Shown here piece after piece: positions 35,603-44,835 of a stretch of DNA of 54,565 nt. The notes under the pieces are model-generated. The model was not told the origin of the DNA. It did no database searches and saw nothing but the letters and a program-made list of their open reading frames with translations. Source of the DNA: Phycisphaerae bacterium (GTDB taxonomy: Bacteria > Planctomycetota > Phycisphaerae > WQYP01); contig JBBRWV010000005.1 of the NCBI GenBank assembly GCA_038248985.1, positions 1-54,565 on the forward strand. The letters run 5' to 3'. Every line of letters starts with the position of its first letter. The first letter of the stretch is position 1. The translations under genes and the position numbers were made by a program.

Positions 35603-37266
35603 GCGAAACACCGGATACGTCCATCGGCCGCGTCGCAGCCGCCCTCGTTTGCGATTTCCATCGCAGCCCCATCGGCACGCGCAGCCGCCTGTTGGAAAAA
35701 CTTCACGGTGAAACCGTTTTTCTCCGCACGCTGCAACGTCTCGCGGCCGTCGACGGCCTCGACGAGATCGTGCTGCTCGTACCTGCGGCCCAACTCGAAA
35801 TAGCCCGCTCTCTTCAACTTCCCTCACTTCGCTTGCCGCTGCAAATTCTCGAAATGCGGCAACGCGACGCCGCCCTCGACCGCCGCGTCCGCACCTGCCG
35901 CGCGTGGGATCTCGTCTCCTGGCGCGGCGGTGCCGGCCAGCTCACCGTGTTTGATGAGGACTACCACCCCGCCGCAATTTACGCCGCACTTCAAGCTGCC
36001 CACGCCGCGCACATCCTGGTCGTTCCCGCGCACGCCCCATTTCTCGACGCTCACCTGACCACCCAACTCATCCACCATCACCTCCACAAGAATCATGAAA
36101 TGCGTTTCACCTACACGCCCGCCGCCCCCGGCATCACCGGCATCATTTTGCAGGCCTCCATCGTCGCCGAAATGGCCGTACAAAACGTCCTCCCCGGCCA
36201 ACTTCTCGGCTACGACGCCAACGCCCCCACCTTTGACACCCTCATCCGCGACGCCTGCATGCAGGTTGATCCCGCGCTTTCCAAAATCCAGAACCGCTTC
36301 CTCGTCGACACCGACCGCTCCTTCCAACTCGCCCAGCGCCTGTTTACTCAAACCCAGGACTCCCCCGCCGCCCTCGCCCGCGACGCCCGCGAACTCCTTC
36401 TGTGCTCCCTGCAATCCAGCAACGAAATTTCCAATCCACGCGAATTGGAAATCGAACTCACTCCCCAGCGGATCACCGCTCCCCCCGGCTCCCTCCGCGC
36501 CGACCGCACACCCTTAACCGTGACCGCCTGGCAGCAATGGCTCGAACAACAAACTTTTCCCGATGACCTCCTCATCACCCTCGCTGGCGATGGCGATCCA
36601 CTTCTTTTCCCCCACCTGTTCGAAATCCTTCGCTTGCTGCGAGCGAAAAACCCCCTCAGCATTCACGTTCAAACCGATCTCGCCTCCGACATCACCCCCC
36701 TCCTCAACGCCCTCTCCGAAGACTTGCTCGATGTCATCTCCGTCCACTTCTACGGCCATGACGCGCCCACTTACGCCGCCGTTGCCCAGGCTGATCTGTA
36801 CCCCATCGTCATGGCTAACATGCAAACACTCGCCGACGCTACCTGCACCAACCCCCGCGGCACAGGCCTTCCCCTCGTCATCCCCCGCCTCCTGAAAGTC
36901 CGCGACACCATCCCGCAACTTGAGCCTTTTTTCGACACATGGACGCGAGCCTGCGGCTGGGCGGTCATCGACTATCCCACTGATCGCGCGGGCACCCTCC
37001 CCTTCGCCGGCGTCGTTGACATGGCCCCTTCTAAACGTCACCCCTGCCGCCGCCTCTCCGATCGCTTCATCCTCCGTGCCGACGGCACCGCCATCGCCTG
37101 CGACCAGGACACTCAAGGTCTACTTCGTTTCGGTACAATGGCGACCCTCACCCTGCAGCAGCTCTGGACTTCCCCATCGGCCTGCAGCCTCCGCACCCAA
37201 CATTCCGCTGGAAAGTGGAACAATATCGACCCCTGCAAGTCCTGTCGGGAGTGGCACCGCGCATGA
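35599..37266 (+). CDS. Fusion: cytidylyltransferase-like (SpsF/KdsB) + degenerate radical-SAM + SPASM/Twitch domain
   Basis: N-terminal LHGETVFLRTLQRL...PFLD; middle IELT without CxxxCxxC but with GDGDPLL; C-terminal PCRRL...ADGTAIACDQD...CKSC. Confidence 0.8.
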   Translation: MSETPDTSIGRVAAALVCDFHRSPIGTRSRLLEKLHGETVFLRTLQRLAAVDGLDEIVLLVPAAQLEIARSLQLPSLRLPLQILEMRQRDAALDRRVRTCRAWDLVSWRGGAGQLTVFDEDYHPAAIYAALQAAHAAHILVVPAHAPFLDAHLTTQLIHHHLHKNHEMRFTYTPAAPGITGIILQASIVAEMAVQNVLPGQLLGYDANAPTFDTLIRDACMQVDPALSKIQNRFLVDTDRSFQLAQRLFTQTQDSPAALARDARELLLCSLQSSNEISNPRELEIELTPQRITAPPGSLRADRTPLTVTAWQQWLEQQTFPDDLLITLAGDGDPLLFPHLFEILRLLRAKNPLSIHVQTDLASDITPLLNALSEDLLDVISVHFYGHDAPTYAAVAQADLYPIVMANMQTLADATCTNPRGTGLPLVIPRLLKVRDTIPQLEPFFDTWTRACGWAVIDYPTDRAGTLPFAGVVDMAPSKRHPCRRLSDRFILRADGTAIACDQDTQGLLRFGTMATLTLQQLWTSPSACSLRTQHSAGKWNNIDPCKSCREWHRA

Positions 37267-38012
37267 ATGACCCGCAAGAATTACCTGCTGAGAAGCCTCC
37301 CATCCTCGCCGTCATCATGGCTCGCAGCGGCAGCGTCGGCCTCCCGGGAAAATCCCTCCGCCCTCTCCTCGGTAAACCCGTCATCGCCTACACCTTTGAT
37401 CATGTCCGCCAAAGCCAGCTCATCACCCGCACCGTCATCAGCTCCGACGATCCCGCGATTCTTGCCCTCGCCAAACTTCATCATCTCGAAACGATCCTCC
37501 GCCCTGCGGAACTCGCTACCAGCACCTCCGCCACCGACCCTGTCCTCCGCCATGCCGTCAAAACGCTCTACCCTCACCCCTCTCCACTGACTCCATTCGC
37601 CGTCGTCATGCTCTATGGCAATATTCCCATCCGTGCCCACGACATGATCGACGGGTCAATTCAACTTCTTCTCGATACCGACTGTGACTCCGTCCAAACC
37701 ATCACCACCGTCGGTAAGTTTCACCCCTACTGGATGTTCGATCGCAACCACGAGGGCAAGATTTCCAAGCACGTTCCCAACAACGTCTTTCGCCGACAGG
37801 ATCTTCCTCCCCTCTACTCCCCCACCGGGGCCGTCTACGTTATGAAAACCCAGACCCTCATGGACGCCGAAGGCTCACCTGATCCCCACGCGTTCCTCGG
37901 CACCGATCGTCGCGGCCTTGTGGTCGCCCCCGAAGATTCCGTCGATATCGATACCGCCAAGGACTTCTTCCTCGCTGAAGCCGTCCTCCGCGCAGCCAAC
38001 GAGAAAGGATAG
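37263..38012 (+). CDS. neuA: Acylneuraminate cytidylyltransferase (NeuA family)
   Basis: AVIMARSGSVGLPGKS, RPAELA, RRQDLP, SVDID. Confidence 0.9.
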   Translation: MNDPQELPAEKPPILAVIMARSGSVGLPGKSLRPLLGKPVIAYTFDHVRQSQLITRTVISSDDPAILALAKLHHLETILRPAELATSTSATDPVLRHAVKTLYPHPSPLTPFAVVMLYGNIPIRAHDMIDGSIQLLLDTDCDSVQTITTVGKFHPYWMFDRNHEGKISKHVPNNVFRRQDLPPLYSPTGAVYVMKTQTLMDAEGSPDPHAFLGTDRRGLVVAPEDSVDIDTAKDFFLAEAVLRAANEKG

Positions 38013-38078
38013 CCGCCGCCCACCTGCCCGAAGCCTCACCAATCATCTTTGCGCCCGTGTCCCCGCAGCTAAATAAAC

Positions 38079-39110
38079 ATGCAAATCGCCAATACTCCCA
38101 TCACCCGCGACGGCCCCCCCTTCATCATCGCTGAGATCGGCGTCAACCATGACGGCTCCATCGACGTCGCCAAATCTCTGATCGATGCCGCAAACACCGC
38201 CGGCGCCGATGCCGTCAAATTCCAACTCTTCGACGCCCAGCAGCTCCTCTCCAACGAAGCCGGGCTGGTCGCCTATCAAAAAGCCTCTGCCGCCTCCGCC
38301 ACAGAACTTCTCACCGCACTGCAACTGAGCATTCCTCAACTCGGCGAGCTCGTTGCCCACGCCAAATCCCTCGGCATCGCCTCCATCGTCACGCCCTTCT
38401 CACCCGCGCTCATCAAGCCCTGTGTTGACCTCTGCGTAGACGCCCTCAAAATCGCCAGCCCCGATCTCGTCAATCGCCCCCTCATCGAAGAAGCCATGAA
38501 AACCAAGCTCCCCACCATTCTCTCCACCGGCCAAGCCACGCTCGACGAAATAAAAACCACCCTCGGCTGGGTCGGCTCCGCCGCCGCCCGCATGGCCTTC
38601 CTGCACTGCGTCAGCAGCTATCCCACGCCTCCCGAAAACGCCACCCTCGCCGCCATCGCTGTCCTGCGCAATCGCTGGCCACAAATGGCCGTCGGCTATT
38701 CTGATCACACCCTCAACCTTCACACCGGCGCCCTCGCCGTCGCCGCCGGTGCCTGTGTACTTGAAAAACACTTCACACACGATCAAACCGCCAAGGGCCC
38801 CGACCACGCCGCCAGTCTGGAACCCAAAGAGTTCGCCGAATACATCGCCCTCGCCCGCGAAGCCTTCGTCCTTCGGGGCCCCTACGAAAAAAAGCCTAGC
38901 CGCCTCGAGTTGGAAACCCGCCTGCTAACCCGTCAAAGCCTCACCACCCTGCAAGACCTCCCCGCCGGCACCGTCCTCACCGCCGACATGATCATCGTCA
39001 AACGACCCGGCACTGGCATCCCTCCCGCTGATTTTTCCAAAACCGTCGGCCGCACACTCACCTCTGCCGTTCCCGCCAACACCACCCTTCGACCGGAGCA
39101 TTTCAAATGA
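38079..39110 (+). CDS. neuB: N-acetylneuraminate/nonulosonate synthase (NeuB family)
   Basis: IIAEIGVNHDG, AVKFQ, LHCVSSYP, GYSDHT, EKHFT, GPDH, SAF domain KRPGTGI. Confidence 0.95.
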   Translation: MQIANTPITRDGPPFIIAEIGVNHDGSIDVAKSLIDAANTAGADAVKFQLFDAQQLLSNEAGLVAYQKASAASATELLTALQLSIPQLGELVAHAKSLGIASIVTPFSPALIKPCVDLCVDALKIASPDLVNRPLIEEAMKTKLPTILSTGQATLDEIKTTLGWVGSAAARMAFLHCVSSYPTPPENATLAAIAVLRNRWPQMAVGYSDHTLNLHTGALAVAAGACVLEKHFTHDQTAKGPDHAASLEPKEFAEYIALAREAFVLRGPYEKKPSRLELETRLLTRQSLTTLQDLPAGTVLTADMIIVKRPGTGIPPADFSKTVGRTLTSAVPANTTLRPEHFK

Positions 39111-40252
39111 AACGCCAACTCAACATCGCTGTCATCACTGGTACACGTTCCGAATTCGGCATATGGCGCCCCGTCCTGCAAGCCATCGCCCAATCCCAAA
39201 AACTCAACCTTCAACTCGTCGTCACCGGTATGCACCTGCTCAAGTCCTTCGGCGATACCCAGAAAATGGTCGCCGGCTACAACTTCCCCATCGCCGCCAA
39301 AGTCCCCATGTACAAGCCCAATGAGCCCATCGCCCTCTCTCTCGCCCGCGGCACCGCTGAACTCTCCAAGGCCTACGCCAGGCTCCAGCCTGATCTCATC
39401 ATGGTCCTCGGCGACCGCCTCGAAATTCTCGCGGCCTCCTCTGCCGCACTCGCCATGCAGATTCCCATCGCCCACGTCCATGGCGGTGAAACGGCACCCG
39501 GCCAGTGGGATGAACAGATCCGTCATGCCGTCACCAAAATGGCCCACCTCCACTTCTGCGCCACCGAAACTTCCGCCCGTCGCCTCCGCCAACTCGGCGA
39601 GCACCCCGAATCCATTCACACCGTCGGCGCCCCAGCCATCGATCTCGCCGCCTCCGCAGTCACCATGTTCAGCCACCTTCCCACCGCCGAGCGCTTCAGC
39701 CTTCCCGTCGTCACGCTTCACCCCACTTCACCCGATGAAACAATCGAATACCGCAACACCCGCATGCTGCTTGACGCCCTACGCCGTCATTTTCCCCGCA
39801 CCGGCCCCAAGCGTTACCACGTCGTCGGCCCCAACAACGATCCTGGCCACCAGGGCATCCTCCGCGCCTACCATGAAGCCGAGACCGACATCGACCTCGA
39901 AATGTCCGTCCCCCAGGAAATCTTCTGGGCCGCACTGGACGGCAGTCATCTGCTCGTTGGCAACTCCTCTGCCGGCATCATCGAAGCCGCCACTTTCGGC
40001 TGCGCGGTCATCAATATTGGTGATCGCCAGGCCGGTCGCCAGCGTTCAGCCAACGTCATCGATACTCCCTGGAAAAAACGCGATCTCAATAACGCCATCC
40101 TGAAAGCCACCCGCGATCGCGCCTTCCTCCGCAAAGTCGCCGCCCGCAAAAATATCTACGGCGACGGCCATGCCTCGGCGCGCATCGTCCGCGTGCTGGA
40201 ATCCCTCCACAGTCGGCCCCTCAGCACCATCAAGCGTTTTTGTGACCGATAA
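39107..40252 (+). CDS. neuC: UDP-N-acetylglucosamine 2-epimerase (hydrolysing, NeuC family)
   Basis: TGTRSEFG, VTGMHL, LGDRLE, HVHGGE, GNSSAGIIEA, YGDG. Confidence 0.93.
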   Translation: MKRQLNIAVITGTRSEFGIWRPVLQAIAQSQKLNLQLVVTGMHLLKSFGDTQKMVAGYNFPIAAKVPMYKPNEPIALSLARGTAELSKAYARLQPDLIMVLGDRLEILAASSAALAMQIPIAHVHGGETAPGQWDEQIRHAVTKMAHLHFCATETSARRLRQLGEHPESIHTVGAPAIDLAASAVTMFSHLPTAERFSLPVVTLHPTSPDETIEYRNTRMLLDALRRHFPRTGPKRYHVVGPNNDPGHQGILRAYHEAETDIDLEMSVPQEIFWAALDGSHLLVGNSSAGIIEAATFGCAVINIGDRQAGRQRSANVIDTPWKKRDLNNAILKATRDRAFLRKVAARKNIYGDGHASARIVRVLESLHSRPLSTIKRFCDR

Positions 40253-40306
40253 CGCGCGCCCCCGCCCAACCCACCTCGTGAATATTCGTTTTACACCCCG
40301 CCCATT

Positions 40307-40333
40307 TAAGTACCTGCCCCCATGGCTCGATAA
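40307..40333 (+). promoter_or_regulatory. Sigma28 (FliA)-like promoter
   Basis: TAAG-N15-CTCGATAA versus consensus TAAA-N15-GCCGATAA, 34 nt before the HDOD ATG. Confidence 0.55.
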
Positions 40334-40367
40334 CTCCTACAGCATCCGCTGTTTCGAGGAGGTCCAG

Positions 40368-41258
40368 ATGTCCACACAAACCGCCCCAGTGATTCCGGTC
40401 AAAAAAGATCCGCAAGCCATCATTAACGATGCGGTCACGTCCATCAGCCACATCGCCACTCTCCCCGAAATCACCCTCAAAATCATCGAACTGGTGGAAA
40501 ATCCGCGCTCCACCGCGCAGGACCTCCACAAAATAATCTCCAACGATCCTGCCCTTGTCGCTCGCATCCTCAAAGTCGTCAACTCCGCCTTCTACGGCCT
40601 CCCTGGCCAGATCGGCTCCATCAACCGCGCCATCGTCCTCCTCGGGCTGAATGCCGTCAAAAATATCGTCATCGCCGCCTCGCTCGCCAAGCTGTTCCGC
40701 GGCGGACGCGTCAGCCCCAACTTCGCCGCCAAAGACCTCTGGTCCCACTCCATCGCCGTCGGCGTCATGAGCAAAATGATCGTCGGAAAACTCAACAACA
40801 CCCTCCCCGACGAAGCCTTCCTCGCCGGACTCATTCATGACATTGGCATTCTCGTCGAACTTCAGGCCCATCGCGAACCCCTCATCGAAATCGCCGAACG
40901 CGCCGCCAAGGAAAACCTCCGCTACACCGACATCGAAGCCCAAGTCCTCGGCGTCGATCACCAGGCCTTGGGTGCCGGCCTTACCGCCAAATGGAAATTC
41001 CCCCGATCCTTCCAGTATGTCACTGGCCACCATCACAACCCCCTTGGCCTCGCACTGGAATGCCGTTGGCTTACCAACATCGTCCACGTGGCAGATCACC
41101 TCTGTTGCCGCGAAGGACTCGGCTACTCACTCACCTGCAAGGGCGAAACGCTGGAGCCGCAGGTGCTCGCCGAGCTAAACCTTACTACCGAAACACTCGA
41201 TGAACTGGTCAAGAGCCTGCCGGAAGCGCTGAAGGAAACCGAAGCGATGCTGTCGTAG
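40368..41258 (+). CDS. Stand-alone HDOD domain protein
   Basis: GAGGAGG RBS; DPALVARILKVVNSAFYG, LWSHS, AGLIHDIG, WKFP, HH. Confidence 0.93.
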   Translation: MSTQTAPVIPVKKDPQAIINDAVTSISHIATLPEITLKIIELVENPRSTAQDLHKIISNDPALVARILKVVNSAFYGLPGQIGSINRAIVLLGLNAVKNIVIAASLAKLFRGGRVSPNFAAKDLWSHSIAVGVMSKMIVGKLNNTLPDEAFLAGLIHDIGILVELQAHREPLIEIAERAAKENLRYTDIEAQVLGVDHQALGAGLTAKWKFPRSFQYVTGHHHNPLGLALECRWLTNIVHVADHLCCREGLGYSLTCKGETLEPQVLAELNLTTETLDELVKSLPEALKETEAMLS

Positions 41259-41305
41259 ACCCCGACACGCATGGAGAGAAAATGCGGATGAAATCATCTG
41301 CCGGC

Positions 41306-41350
41306 AAAAACAACCGAGACCCGGGGATTTCCCCGGGTCGCGGCATTTCC
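41306..41350. terminator. Probable bidirectional terminator between convergent genes
   Basis: GACCCGGGG-ATTT-CCCCGGGTC stem (41318-41339), A-tract on the left, T-rich on the right. Confidence 0.7.
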
Positions 41351-41369
41351 TGTTCACATTAAAAAAACA

Positions 41370-41738
41370 TCAGATCGACGGCGCTGCCGGATCCACCGCC
41401 GGCGGCACCGGCGTATCGACTGGCGGCGGTTCCGTCGCGGGTGGCGGTGTCGGAGGCGTCTTGCCTTCCGGTGGCGATTCCGGCGCGGTCGATGGCTCCG
41501 TCGCTGGTGCAGTGGCCGGAACCGGGGCCAGCGGTGTCGGCGCGCTGCTCGTCAGCCCACCACCGGCAATCTTGGTCTGGTCATCGAGTATCGATAAATC
41601 CGGCGGCATGAGCGCCGGCGGAGCCACCCCATCTATCCGAGCGTTCTTTTCGTAACCCGTGGAGGTCTTGCCTTCATCACACGCGGCCAGCAGCCCCGTA
41701 CTCGCGATGACCACCAACATCATTGCCGTTCGCTTCAT
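41370..41738 (-). CDS. Proline-rich lipoprotein
   Basis: GAGGAG RBS; MKRTAMMLVVIASTGLLAAC lipobox; Pro/Ala/Thr-rich tail. Confidence 0.8.
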   Translation of the reverse strand: MKRTAMMLVVIASTGLLAACDEGKTSTGYEKNARIDGVAPPALMPPDLSILDDQTKIAGGGLTSSAPTPLAPVPATAPATEPSTAPESPPEGKTPPTPPPATEPPPVDTPVPPAVDPAAPSI

Positions 41739-41799
41739 CAGTTTACTCCTCGAGAGTTGTCGATCCACCACGGAAAAATACCCTGCAATACCGCGCAGC

Positions 41800-43818
41800 T
41801 TACCCCTGTTTGGCTGATGCGCCAAGATACGCCTCGATCACCGCCGGATTTCGTCGAATCTCCTCCGGCGTTCCCGTCGCGATCGTCTTGCCATAATCCA
41901 GCACGATGATCCGCTCGCAGATCCCCATGATTACCTTCATATCATGCTCAATAATCAATATCGTCAGCCCAAAACGTGACCTAATCGTCTGAATCAAATC
42001 CATCAATTCTCGCTTCTCAGTCGGGTTCATCCCCGCCGCCGGTTCGTCCAGCAGCAGCAACTTTGGCCGTGTGGCCAGCGCCCGCGCGATCTCCAGGCGC
42101 CGCTGATCGCCATAGCTCAAACTGTTCGCCTGTTCCCGCGCCTTGTCCGCCAAACCAAAAATATCCATGTACCCCAGCGCCCGCTTTCGGCTTTCCGCTT
42201 CTTCCTCAAAAAAGCCCGGCGTCCGCAAAACCGCCGCCAGTATCCCCTGCCGATGATGGGCGTGCTGCGCAATCATGACATTGTCCAGCACGCTCAAATT
42301 CGCAAACAGCCGAATGTTCTGAAACGTCCGCGCCACACCCCGTTTGCTGATCGCGTGCGGCCGCAACTTCACAATCGACCGCTCACACACCCGAATATCC
42401 CCTCTCGTCGGCCGATAGACCCCCGTCAACACATTGAACACCGTCGTCTTCCCCGCTCCATTCGGCCCGATCAGACCCACCAATTCCCCCGCCCTCAGCG
42501 ACAGCCCAAACGAATCCACCGCGCACAACCCGCCAAAATTCATCGTCACGTTCTCCGCCACCAGCAGCGGCCCCGCCTGCGCCGCCTGCCCCGCCCGCAA
42601 GTCCTCCTTCTCCGCCACCAATGTCGATATTCCCGCCGTCACCACCTCCTGCGCCACCTTCTCCTCAGCCCTGCCCGCGCCCCACTTCCTCCGCGCCCAC
42701 CGCCATACATCCGCTACCTCGAAACGCCCCATCAACCCCTGTGGGCGAAACAACATCGCCGCAATGATCAACACCGCATAAACCACCAGACGCCACTTAT
42801 CTATCAGCGTTGCATCCAGGTTCCACGACCGCGGCAGCCCGCTCCGCAACGACTCCGGCACCAGCGTCACCGCAATCGCCGCCAGAATGCACCCCGTAAT
42901 CGACCCCTGCCCGCCCAATATCACAATCAGCAAAATCTCCACCGACCGCAAAAAAGTAAAATCCTGCGGATTCAGTTGCTTGTGATGCGACAGCATACCT
43001 CCCGCCATCCCCGCCAGCGCTGCCCCTATCACAAACGCCGTCACTTTATACCGCGTTGTTGGCACCCCCACCGCCTCGGAAGCAATCACATCCTCCCGCA
43101 CCGCCAGCAACGCCCGCCCGCTCGTCGAATACTTGATGTTCCGCACTACGTAAATCGTCACCGCCGTCCCCAGCAAAATCCAGAATGAACTCACCAGGTA
43201 GGGCGTATCAAACAAATGCTTCTGCACCACGTCGTGCAGCGGCGAAGCCTTCCCCGCTTCACTGTTCAACCACGGCGCTCGCCACGCATAAATTCCCGCA
43301 CCCGATGTCGCATCCAGATAATCGCTGTTCCCAATCACAACGGCCACGATCTCGCCAAAACCCAACGTCGCAATCGCCAGGTAATCCCCGCGCAGCCGCA
43401 GCGTCGGCAATCCCACCACCAGCCCCAACACCGCCGCCACCGCAATCGCCAGTGCCGTCCCCGTCAGCATGATAGCAACAAATCCCGCAGTCACCGATAG
43501 CTCCAACGTCCCGTGCCAAAATGCCAACTGCGGCACAAACCACTCCGGCTTCCCCGCTACCACCACCGCCGCATACGCCCCCGCCGCCAGAAATCCCGCA
43601 TGCCCGATCGAAAACTGCCCCGTCATCCCCAGCACCAGGTTCAGCCCCATCGCTAGAATAACGTTCAGCGCAATGTCATACATCAATGTGTGCGACGATG
43701 CCGACAGCCACGCCCCGCTCCCCCGCACATCCAGCCACGGCGACAGCAGCGCAATCACCACCACGATCCCCAAAAAGATGGCGCCATGCGCCGAGCTTGT
43801 CCGCGTTCCGGTATTCAA
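41800..43818 (-). CDS. Branched-chain amino acid ABC transporter, fused permease (LivM) and ATPase (LivG)
   Basis: LRLRGDYLAIATLGFGEI permease; GPNGAGKTT, ARTFQNIRLF, LLDEPAAG, IEHDM ATPase. Confidence 0.95.
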   Translation of the reverse strand: MNTGTRTSSAHGAIFLGIVVVIALLSPWLDVRGSGAWLSASSHTLMYDIALNVILAMGLNLVLGMTGQFSIGHAGFLAAGAYAAVVVAGKPEWFVPQLAFWHGTLELSVTAGFVAIMLTGTALAIAVAAVLGLVVGLPTLRLRGDYLAIATLGFGEIVAVVIGNSDYLDATSGAGIYAWRAPWLNSEAGKASPLHDVVQKHLFDTPYLVSSFWILLGTAVTIYVVRNIKYSTSGRALLAVREDVIASEAVGVPTTRYKVTAFVIGAALAGMAGGMLSHHKQLNPQDFTFLRSVEILLIVILGGQGSITGCILAAIAVTLVPESLRSGLPRSWNLDATLIDKWRLVVYAVLIIAAMLFRPQGLMGRFEVADVWRWARRKWGAGRAEEKVAQEVVTAGISTLVAEKEDLRAGQAAQAGPLLVAENVTMNFGGLCAVDSFGLSLRAGELVGLIGPNGAGKTTVFNVLTGVYRPTRGDIRVCERSIVKLRPHAISKRGVARTFQNIRLFANLSVLDNVMIAQHAHHRQGILAAVLRTPGFFEEEAESRKRALGYMDIFGLADKAREQANSLSYGDQRRLEIARALATRPKLLLLDEPAAGMNPTEKRELMDLIQTIRSRFGLTILIIEHDMKVIMGICERIIVLDYGKTIATGTPEEIRRNPAVIEAYLGASAKQG

Positions 43819-43824
43819 TCGCGT

Positions 43825-44766
43825 CTACACCTTCTCCGGCGCTGCCTTGCCGAAAATTCCCTCCGGCTTGATCAGAAGCACCATCACCAGAATCACAAAA
43901 GCAATCGCACTCTCATACCGCGAATACCCCATCGACGACACAAATGTCTCCACCAAACCAAGCAAAAGCCAGCCCGCCGCCGCGCCTGGAATATTCCCAA
44001 TCCCTCCGATCACCGCCGCCACAAACGCCTTCAATCCGAAGATCACCCCCATCGTCGGCGTCGCTGATGGGTTCTTGATGCAAAACAAACACCCCCCTAC
44101 CGCCGCCATCGCACTGCCCAGAATAAACGTGAAACTCACGATGCGATCAATATTCACCCCCATCAGCCGCGCCGAATCGTAACTCTGGCTCACCGCCCGC
44201 ATCGCCTTCCCGCTGCGCGTCCGCTGCACGATAAACCACAACACCACCAGCACCGCCCCCGTCGTCGCCAGCAGCAGCACATCTTTCCACACCACGTTCA
44301 CCCCCAGCAACCGATGAATCACCTGCACCGGCTCACCCGCCCCGATAATCGCCGGATAATTCGTCGGCGTCGATCCAAACCACCGATACCCTGCAAACTG
44401 CCACTCAATATTCGCCAGATTCTGAATCAACAGCGAAACCCCAATCGCCGTAATCAACGCCGACAACCGCGAACTGTTCCGCAAAGGCCGATACGCAAAC
44501 CGCTCAATCGCCCATCCCAATATACTGCACACCATCACCGCCACCATCACTCCCACGCACGCCTGCCAGAAGGTCTGCTCCGTCTTGTCCCCCGTCAACG
44601 CTCGCGCCGTATACGCCCCCGCAAACGCCCCCACCATGAACACCTCCCCATGTGCAAAATTAATCAGACGCAGCACCCCGTACACCATCGTGTACCCCAG
44701 CGCAATCAACGCATACAAGCTCCCCACCGCCAGTCCGTTGACCAACTGCTGTAGAAAATAGTCCAT
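43825..44766 (-). CDS. livH: Branched-chain amino acid ABC transporter permease
   Basis: NGLAVGSLYALIALGYTMVYGVLRLINFAHGE, GKAMRAVSQ. Confidence 0.95.
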   Translation of the reverse strand: MDYFLQQLVNGLAVGSLYALIALGYTMVYGVLRLINFAHGEVFMVGAFAGAYTARALTGDKTEQTFWQACVGVMVAVMVCSILGWAIERFAYRPLRNSSRLSALITAIGVSLLIQNLANIEWQFAGYRWFGSTPTNYPAIIGAGEPVQVIHRLLGVNVVWKDVLLLATTGAVLVVLWFIVQRTRSGKAMRAVSQSYDSARLMGVNIDRIVSFTFILGSAMAAVGGCLFCIKNPSATPTMGVIFGLKAFVAAVIGGIGNIPGAAAGWLLLGLVETFVSSMGYSRYESAIAFVILVMVLLIKPEGIFGKAAPEKV

Positions 44767-44835
44767 AGCGCCGAATCATCAAAAGCCCGGATTCCCAGTC
44801 CTTCGGAAATCCCCGAATGTCTCGCCCGCACGCAA

